Assembly (NCBI GenBank): GCA_050174015.1
Contig: JBFXKG010000001.1
Coordinates: forward strand, 128,001-192,000
From: Candidatus Krumholzibacteriia bacterium
GTDB lineage: Bacteria > Krumholzibacteriota > Krumholzibacteriia > LZORAL124-64-63
Reading direction: 5' to 3'
DNA: 64,000 bases
The first letter of the stretch is position 1. Every line of letters begins with the position of its first letter. Of this stretch, positions 58,301-64,000 are shown in pieces. The notes under the pieces were generated by a model. The model searched no databases and was not told the DNA's origin. It saw nothing but the letters and a program-made list of their open reading frames with translations. Both the position numbers and the translations under genes were made by a program.

Positions 58301-58456
58301 GTCGTAATACCCCGCCGGGGCGACCTTGAGCTGGACTTCGCTTCCCGGGCCCGGAAGGGGGGGCTGCAAGGGGTTGGGTTCGTGGGAGCAGCCGAACAGC
58401 AGGGTGAACAGGAACAGGAGTGCGACCAGGGAGCGAAGGGGAGAGGGAACGCGCAT
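55319..58456 (-). CDS. Endonuclease I (Bsn/EndA-like) lipoprotein with FN3, lamin-tail-like and PKD domains (2x FN3-LTD)
   Basis: Lipobox LFGC; NREHSWPKS, TDCHHL, RSN.PF, RGDVARALFY, QGNRNPFIDHP; two WINEFHYDN domains; PKD WEFGDG. Confidence 0.9.
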   Translation of the reverse strand: MRVPSPLRSLVALLFLFTLLFGCSHEPNPLQPPLPGPGSEVQLKVAPAGYYDTVDDSTPAALRASLHAVIDDHTRIPYTATGTDTWDVLELADEDPNDSGRILDIYLNASYVKYGEGNLEYNREHSWPKSYGFPNDVVANYPYTDCHHLFLANDSYNTSRSNKPFRSCASGCDEKPTLEYNGVGGGTGVYPGNSNWTSGSFTEGSWETWIDRRGDVARALFYLDVRYEGGVHGVTGYSEPDLILTDDEALIAASNTGANEAVGYMGMVSVLLQWHQQDPVDAKEASRNDVVYSFQGNRNPFIDHPEWVDCIFAGSCGGGGDITPPAAPAGLVATPGDGSVGLDWADNGEPDLMGYAVYRATASGGPFAEVTALATVSQFTDSGLTGGVTYYYVVTAKDSSGNESPSSPEVQATPTGGGGGGPAIWINEFHYDNDGTDTGEFFEIAGPAGADLSGWSVIGYNGNGGLVYDTVNLAGTLPDLQNGFGVLAFPMTGMQNGSPDGLALVDAAASVVMFISYEGQITAVDGPAAGITSTDIGVFEPADSPVGWTLQLAGDGSAYGDFTWQAPGAGTEGAVNTGQTFAGGGPVNQDPTAQANGPYSGEKGVAVTFSSAGSQDPDGSIAGYLWEFGDGATSTLADPGHAYASTGVFTVTLTVTDDQGATGVDITSATISDTTAPAAPVGLGATPGDGSVGLAWDAVGDADLAGYTVYRGDSSGGPYTALHGGLVTATTFTDATAANGTTYYYVVTASDGEGNESAYGNETSATPQASGGGGGPLVWINEFHYDNDGADRNEFVEVAGPAGTDLTGWTVVGYNGADGSAYLTVGFSGVLADQQGGFGVQAAAMVGMQNGSPDGLALVDPQGAVIQFLSYEGSFTASGGPADGMTSTDIGISEPDTAPRRTSLQLAGSGSAYADFTWEGPLGKTDGLVNVNQVFNGSGGGTTIPMHVAAIDPSATLVRNKEYGHAAVLVIDDLGNPVAGASVTGSFSGSISSTESGVTGADGWIELTCSVAGKPGISFTFCVTGITLAGHAYDSGADVETCDGI

Positions 58457-58630
58457 TGCAGGCCTCCAATGTCTGCAGGAAGAGGTGGCGAGTGGGGGGA
58501 TTCTACCGGCGGAGTTGGATTTTAAAAAGGGAGGATTGCGTCATTCCGGCAGGATTTTTTGCGGACTTGTCTTGATTCGCGCGGCCCCCGGCGGGCACCG
58601 GGGGCTCGCTGATGTCTTCAGGGCGGATGA

Positions 58631-61027
58631 TCAGGGCAACGGTTGCTTCTCCAGGAAGGGCCGGTCGAACCCGGAGGCCGGAACCCGCACCTCCCCGCAA
58701 TCCTTGAGGTTGGCCCCCGCATCATAGGTGGCGTCGGCCTTGGCGGCGTCATCCACGCAGAAGGAGAAGGTCATGGGAGCCGGGGCCGAGGTCGCGCTTG
58801 CGAGCAGGGCGATCCCGTCGGCGTCGGTCACGGCGCTGTCGGCGCCCGACACTCCCCCGCCGAAGGTCCCGGTCACGGTGACGCCGGCCACGGGATTCCC
58901 CTGATCGTCCAGGACGAGGACCTCGGCGGCGCCGAAGATCTTCCGGCCGTCCGGGGCGGTCTTCAGGGCGATGCCGCCGACGTGCATGACCACCGGCGGG
59001 GTGGTGTCCGTGATGTTCGCGGAAGTGGTGTCGGTGTGCTGGGCGCCCTGGTCGTCGGTGACGGTCAGGGTCACGGTGAAGGCTCCGGGGGTCGTGTAGG
59101 TGTGGTCGGGATGGGCGGCGGTGCTGGTTCCGCCGTCCCCGAAGGTCCACAGGTAGGAGACGATGGATCCGTCGGGATCGTAGGAACCGGCGGACGTGAA
59201 ACTCACGGCAACGCCCTTTTCCCCGCCGTAAGGACCGCCGGCGGCAGCGACAGGGTCCTGGTTGATTGCGACGCCGACGAAGACCTGTCCCGTGTTGACG
59301 GCGGCGGGCGTGTCGGTTTGCGGCGCCTGCCAGGTGAAGTCGCCGTACTGCGAGCCGGTGCCCGCCAGCTGCAGGGAATGCCCGATGGGAGTCGTGCCGT
59401 CTTCCGCCACGCCGACGTCGGCGGCGGTCAGGCCGGAAGCGGGGCCGTCGGTGGCCGTCATGGGCCCCTCGTAGCCGATGAAGAGGACCACGGCACCCGT
59501 GTCGTCGACGAGGGCGAGGGCGTCGGGGCTCCCGTTCTGCATGCCGGTCATCCCGAAGGACAGGGCCCCGAACCCGTTCATCAGGTCGGGCAGGGTTCCG
59601 CTCAACGCCACGGTGTCGTACTGGCCGCCCCCGTTGCCGTTGTAACCGACCACCGACCAGCCGGACAGGTTCAGACCCGCGGTTCCGGCGATCTCGAAGA
59701 ACTCGCCGGCGTCGGTTCCGGCGTTGTCGTAGTGGAACTCGTTGATCCAGGCCGTGGGGTCGCCGCCGATTCCGCCGCCCTGGGGAGTGGCCGAGGCCTC
59801 GGAACTGCTGGGGGACTCGTTGTCGCCGGTGTCCAGGGCGGTCACGACGTAGTAGTAGGTGGTCCCGTTGACCAGGCCGCTGTCCTGATACGAGCTGGAG
59901 ATGACCAGACCTCCCACCTGGTTGTAGGGACCGCTGGGGGCGGTCGCCCGGTAGACGGCATAGCCGGTCAGGTCGCCTTCCGTGTTGTCGTTCCAGTCCA
60001 GGGTGACGGAGCCGTCGCCGGGGGAGGCGGTCAGGCCGGTCGGGGCCGCGGGGGGCGTGACGTCTCCGCCGCCGCAGATCCCGTTGAAGAGGCAGGACAC
60101 CCACTCGGGATGGTCGACGAAGGGATTGCGGTTGCCCTGATAGGAATACACCACGTCGTTGCGGTTCATTTCCCAGGCATCGACGGGATCCTGCTCGTGC
60201 CATTCCAGAAGGACCGAGAGCATGCCCATGTAGGCGACCGATTCGTTGCTGCCTGTGTTCGAGGCGTCGATGAGGGCCTCGCTGTCGGTCAGCCGCAGGT
60301 CGGGTTCGCCGTACCCGGTGATGCCGTGCACCCCGCCCTCGTAACGGACGTCCATGTAGAACATGGCCCTGGCGATGTCTCCCCGGCGGCTCATCCACAC
60401 TTCCCATGAGCCCTGGGTGAAGGAACCGCTGGTCCAGTTGGAATTCCCGGGATACACGCCGGTGCCGCCGCCGATCCCGTTGGTGAAGAGGGTGGGCTTC
60501 TCGTCGCACCCGCTGCTGCAGTAGCGGAACGGCTTGTTGCTGCGCGACCCGTTGTAGGCGCCGTTGGCGAGGAACAGCTGGTGGCAATCGGTGTAGGGAT
60601 AGTTGCTGGAGGTGTCGTTGGGGAAGCCGTAGCTCTTGGGCCAGGAGTGCTCGCGGTCGTAGTCGGTATTGCCGGTGGTGTACTTCGGATAGCTGGCGTT
60701 CAGGTAGATGTCGATGATCCGGGCGCTGTTGGCGGGGTCCTGCTGAGCCGGCTCCAGGACGTCCCACGTGTCGGTGGACGTGTCGGTGTACGGGAACCTG
60801 GTGTGATCGTCGATCACCGCATGAAGGGTGGACCGCAAGGCGGCTGCGTTGGAGTCGTCGACGGTGTCGTAGTAACCCGCGGGGGCCGATTTGACGGCGA
60901 GGTCAACGGTCGCCGGTCCGGGATCCGGGACCAGCGGCGATGGCTCGGGCGAACATCCGGATAGGGCGAGGGCCAGCAGGCACGCAGGCAGGAACAGGGC
61001 GAAGGTCCGGCGGGCGATCGGGTGCAT
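58631..61027 (-). CDS. Endonuclease I lipoprotein paralog (FN3, LTD, PKD)
   Basis: Lipobox LSGC; DREHSWPKS, RGDIARAMFY, QGNRNPFVDHP; one WINEFHYDN; WTFGDG. Confidence 0.9.
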   Translation of the reverse strand: MHPIARRTFALFLPACLLALALSGCSPEPSPLVPDPGPATVDLAVKSAPAGYYDTVDDSNAAALRSTLHAVIDDHTRFPYTDTSTDTWDVLEPAQQDPANSARIIDIYLNASYPKYTTGNTDYDREHSWPKSYGFPNDTSSNYPYTDCHQLFLANGAYNGSRSNKPFRYCSSGCDEKPTLFTNGIGGGTGVYPGNSNWTSGSFTQGSWEVWMSRRGDIARAMFYMDVRYEGGVHGITGYGEPDLRLTDSEALIDASNTGSNESVAYMGMLSVLLEWHEQDPVDAWEMNRNDVVYSYQGNRNPFVDHPEWVSCLFNGICGGGDVTPPAAPTGLTASPGDGSVTLDWNDNTEGDLTGYAVYRATAPSGPYNQVGGLVISSSYQDSGLVNGTTYYYVVTALDTGDNESPSSSEASATPQGGGIGGDPTAWINEFHYDNAGTDAGEFFEIAGTAGLNLSGWSVVGYNGNGGGQYDTVALSGTLPDLMNGFGALSFGMTGMQNGSPDALALVDDTGAVVLFIGYEGPMTATDGPASGLTAADVGVAEDGTTPIGHSLQLAGTGSQYGDFTWQAPQTDTPAAVNTGQVFVGVAINQDPVAAAGGPYGGEKGVAVSFTSAGSYDPDGSIVSYLWTFGDGGTSTAAHPDHTYTTPGAFTVTLTVTDDQGAQHTDTTSANITDTTPPVVMHVGGIALKTAPDGRKIFGAAEVLVLDDQGNPVAGVTVTGTFGGGVSGADSAVTDADGIALLASATSAPAPMTFSFCVDDAAKADATYDAGANLKDCGEVRVPASGFDRPFLEKQPLP

Positions 61028-61165
61028 CGGGCATCCTCCGACGATTTCAGGCGACTTCAGGGTGATATGCCATTATAAACGATGAAGAAGACATAAAAAA
61101 GCAAAAATAAAGGGAATTGGAGAAATCCCGGGTGAGCCGGGCTCCGTCCCGGCTCCTGGGTGGGA

Positions 61166-63643
61166 TCAGACCGATTCGGGGTCCAGTTGCTTCAACCAGC
61201 GGTAGAGGGTGATCCGGGAGATCCCCAGGTTGCGCGCCACCCTGGCCTTGTTGCCGCCGGCCCGGTCGATCAGGGCGTTCAGGGAGGTCCAGGTCATTCC
61301 CGATTGGTGCCCGTCGGGCTCGTGTCCCGAGCCGACCTCGGCCTCCTCCAGGTCCAGGGTGCCGCCCCCGGCGGCTTCCCTGCGGCGCAGACGCACGGGG
61401 CGTCCGAGGTCCCGGTTCAGCCAGGCCTGGTGTGCGATGGCCTCGACCTCGGCCACGTTCCCGGGCCAGTGGTGGTCGGTCAGGGCCTCCATGCCGGGCA
61501 GATCGAAGAGATCCCGGGCGTTGAGCGTTGATCCGTTCAACCGCGTCAGGAAGTGCTCGAGCAGGGGCACGACGTCCTCCGGACGATGGCGCAAGGCGGG
61601 GACCCGCACGGCCATCTGGCGCAGCCGGAAGTAGAGGTCGGGGCGGAAGTAGCCCTGGTCCGCCCGCAACGAAAGGTCGGATTCGCAGGTGACGATGACC
61701 CGGATGTCGGCCAGGTGCTCCCGCGAGTCGCCGACGGGGCGGAAGATGCCTTCCTGGATCAGCCGCAGCACGTGGCCCTGCAGCTCTCGCGGCAAATCCT
61801 CGATGCCGGCCAGCAGCAGGGTGCCGCCTTCGGCCTGGGACACCAGACCGGGCAGGTTGCGCGTGACGTGCGGAACGGCGCCGGCGGTGACCCCGAAGAT
61901 CTCGCGCGCCAGGACGTCTGCACCCAGCCCCGAGCAGCTGATGCGGACGAAGGGGGATGCCCCGCGCGGGCTGTTCTCGTGGATGCGCCGGGCCAGCAGC
62001 TCCTTGCCCGTTCCGCCCTCGCCCTCGATGAGCACGGGGTTCTTGTAGCGGGAGAATCCGTCGCAGCGTTGCAGGACCTGGCGGAAGGCCGCCGAGACCG
62101 CGATCACCCGGGTGGTGGGCGCCCGCCTGGTGGAGAAGGAGGCGATGGGAGCCTTCTGCTGCTCGCCCAGCATGCGGCGGCGCGCCATGCCCATGACCAG
62201 TTCGCCGATCTCCTCGGCCAGCACCGGGGTCTCCAGCTCCCGGTTCAGCTGCTGGGCCAGCAAGGCGTGGGTCCAGGCCTCCTCGAGCAGTTTGCCCGAG
62301 GCCGCGCCGGCGTTGCCGGAATCGATCTGTCGCAGCAGGACGCGGGCCAGGTGCCAGGAGGCCAGCATGGTCTCGTGCCGTCCCCGCAGGTCCCGCAATT
62401 CCTTGATGGACTCGCGCAGGTGCCGGGCCGCGAGCTTCCAGCGGCCGAGGTTGGCCGCGCAGACGCCCAGGCACCGGCGGACCACCGCGATCTCGAAGCG
62501 GTCGTTGACGGCGTTGCCCATCTCCAGCGCGTCGGCCAGCAGGAAGTGAGCCTCCTCGTGGCGGCCTTCCAGATCCAGGCACTCGCCCTCGCGGCGCATG
62601 ATCTCCATGACCAGATCGCCGCGGGGCGCCAGGGCCCTGGCCACGGCCAGTCCGCGCTGGTAGTAGCGGCGGGCCTCCGCGGGAGAGCCCTCGTCGCGGA
62701 AGACGTCTCCCAGGAATTCCAGGGCCAGGGCCTCTTCCCTGGCGAAACGGTGCTCGGTGGCCAGGGAGTAGGCTTCGAGCAGGCTGCTGCGGGCGGCCAT
62801 GGGCTCGCCCTTCAGGCGAAGGATGTTTCCCAGGGCGATGCGGGCGCGGCAGGTCATGTCGGGGTGATCGGCGACCAGCTTCAGCTCCTTCTGGAGAAGC
62901 TCGACGCCCAGGTCGTAGTCGCCCTGCTTGTAGCAGACGATGGCCAGGTTCTGGTAGGTCTGGGCCATGCGCAGCGAAGCGCCCAGGCGGCTGTGCAGGT
63001 CGAGGCTCTTCTCGAACCAGCGCCGGGCCTCGTCGAGTCGGCCGCGCGAGAGCTGGGTCCAGCCGAGGAAGTTCGCGGCCACGGCCGTGCGTCCGTCCTC
63101 GCCCAGGACCGTGAAGGCCGAACAGGCGAACTCCACGTGGGAGGCGGCTTCCTCGAGCCGTCCCTGCCAGCGCAGGGAGGCGCCCAGGATCAGGCGCAGT
63201 TCGGCGTTGATCAGGTCGGCGGGATGGCCCGGGGACTGCAGGAGCTGTTCGGCGGCGGCCTGGACCTCGGCGTATTCCTCCCGGTACAGCTGCATGTTCA
63301 GCTCGACGACCCGCACTCCGGGATGGTCCTGGTCGATCCAGCCGTGCCCCTTGGCCCGGTCGAGCCACCGGAGGCAGCCCTGGTGGTCCTTCTGCTCCAG
63401 ATGGCACCAGGCCTTCAGCAGGATGGCTTCGGCGGGATCGGTCGTTCCGGGCAGGTCCAGCCGGGTCCGGCCTTCGGGAAAGATCCCCTCCAGGATCTCC
63501 AGGGCCCTGTCGGCCCGGCCAAGGCGCAGGTGCTCCCTGGCCTCGGCCACCGGGCCGTCATTCCCGGGACGAGCCGGGGACGGATTGCCGGAGGATTGTT
63601 CGTTCAGTGCCGCAGAGAGGTGGCGGTTGCGTTCAACGGACAT
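61166..63643 (-). CDS. TPR-domain regulator with degenerate sigma54-activator AAA+ domain and Fis-type HTH
   Basis: RBS AAGGAGGT; long TPR region; GEGGTGKELLAR.IH; FRPDLYFRL; WPGNV; GNKARVARNLGISRITLYRW. Confidence 0.88.
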   Translation of the reverse strand: MSVERNRHLSAALNEQSSGNPSPARPGNDGPVAEAREHLRLGRADRALEILEGIFPEGRTRLDLPGTTDPAEAILLKAWCHLEQKDHQGCLRWLDRAKGHGWIDQDHPGVRVVELNMQLYREEYAEVQAAAEQLLQSPGHPADLINAELRLILGASLRWQGRLEEAASHVEFACSAFTVLGEDGRTAVAANFLGWTQLSRGRLDEARRWFEKSLDLHSRLGASLRMAQTYQNLAIVCYKQGDYDLGVELLQKELKLVADHPDMTCRARIALGNILRLKGEPMAARSSLLEAYSLATEHRFAREEALALEFLGDVFRDEGSPAEARRYYQRGLAVARALAPRGDLVMEIMRREGECLDLEGRHEEAHFLLADALEMGNAVNDRFEIAVVRRCLGVCAANLGRWKLAARHLRESIKELRDLRGRHETMLASWHLARVLLRQIDSGNAGAASGKLLEEAWTHALLAQQLNRELETPVLAEEIGELVMGMARRRMLGEQQKAPIASFSTRRAPTTRVIAVSAAFRQVLQRCDGFSRYKNPVLIEGEGGTGKELLARRIHENSPRGASPFVRISCSGLGADVLAREIFGVTAGAVPHVTRNLPGLVSQAEGGTLLLAGIEDLPRELQGHVLRLIQEGIFRPVGDSREHLADIRVIVTCESDLSLRADQGYFRPDLYFRLRQMAVRVPALRHRPEDVVPLLEHFLTRLNGSTLNARDLFDLPGMEALTDHHWPGNVAEVEAIAHQAWLNRDLGRPVRLRRREAAGGGTLDLEEAEVGSGHEPDGHQSGMTWTSLNALIDRAGGNKARVARNLGISRITLYRWLKQLDPESV

Positions 63644-64000
63644 CGCCACACCTCCTTGCGCCTGCCGGGAACCATTCACGCAAGTATCCTTGGAAGCCTG
63701 AAACCGCAGGGTGAGCGGGAAACCATACCATAGTTCCGTGGAGGGTGCCACCGAACCGGTCGGTCGGTATCAGGACCAGGGAAATGGACCCTCCGGGTGC
63801 GAAGACCAGGGTCGGGACGATGGCGGCTGTCGCTCCCTCGACGTAGGTGCCGCCTCCCGAACCGGAGGAGGTGTAGCTTTCGGGGCTGAGGTTCCCGTCG
63901 CCGGGATCCCCCTCGGTGGCGATGGCACGCTCCTTTTTGGCGAAGGCAGGAGCCGCGGCGAGGGAGACGAGCAGGAAGGCGGCGAGAAGGAGGATGGCGC
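63633..64000 (-). CDS. Small secreted protein, 5'-truncated by the window edge (not in the ORF track)
   Basis: Open frame from 63998: AILLLAAFLLVSLAAAPAFA-KKERAIATEGDPGDGNLSPES...RRCGDVR*; stop overlaps the start of the TPR regulator by 11 nt. Confidence 0.7.
   Translation of the reverse strand, partial: AILLLAAFLLVSLAAAPAFAKKERAIATEGDPGDGNLSPESYTSSGSGGGTYVEGATAAIVPTLVFAPGGSISLVLIPTDRFGGTLHGTMVWFPAHPAVSGFQGYLREWFPAGARRCGDVR

Noticed and set aside
55319..61027. Possible diversity-generating retroelement TR/VR pair among near-duplicate segments
   Set aside because: No reverse transcriptase in the window, and the differences look like ordinary paralog divergence rather than adenine-specific changes.

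Overview
High-GC bacterial chromosomal window. It most resembles an FCB-group lineage such as Ca. Krumholzibacteriota/Latescibacterota; this is inferred from the abundant FlgD-Ig-type C-terminal domains and was not tested. The window is dominated by exported macromolecule-degrading proteins: a ~3300-aa modular S8 subtilase, tricorn and S9A peptidases, a GH57/GH119-like hydrolase, an N-glycan operon (CBM9-like, GH130, GH38, glycosylasparaginase) and two tandem endonuclease I lipoproteins. It also holds a 10-heme cytochrome c, an ECF sigma/anti-sigma pair, an FG-GAP sensor kinase, and a MarR-KamA-AblB-symporter operon (probably N-epsilon-acetyl-beta-lysine osmolyte synthesis). Three signals are the most interesting. 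(1) A short C-terminal motif, [STN][WF][GS]x[VL]Kxx[FW]R, ends six exported proteins of four unrelated types, and in one paralog pair it replaces the FlgD-Ig domain at the same junction, suggesting a sorting tag. (2) Two beta-helix genes have AT-rich variable cores between conserved GC-rich ends, homologous promoters and a shared 43-bp palindromic element, suggesting cassette exchange. (3) A small secreted protein gene overlaps a TPR regulator whose sigma54-activator domain has lost GAFTGA and Walker B, suggesting a peptide-signalling pair. No rRNA, tRNA, CRISPR array, transposase or integrase was recognised.
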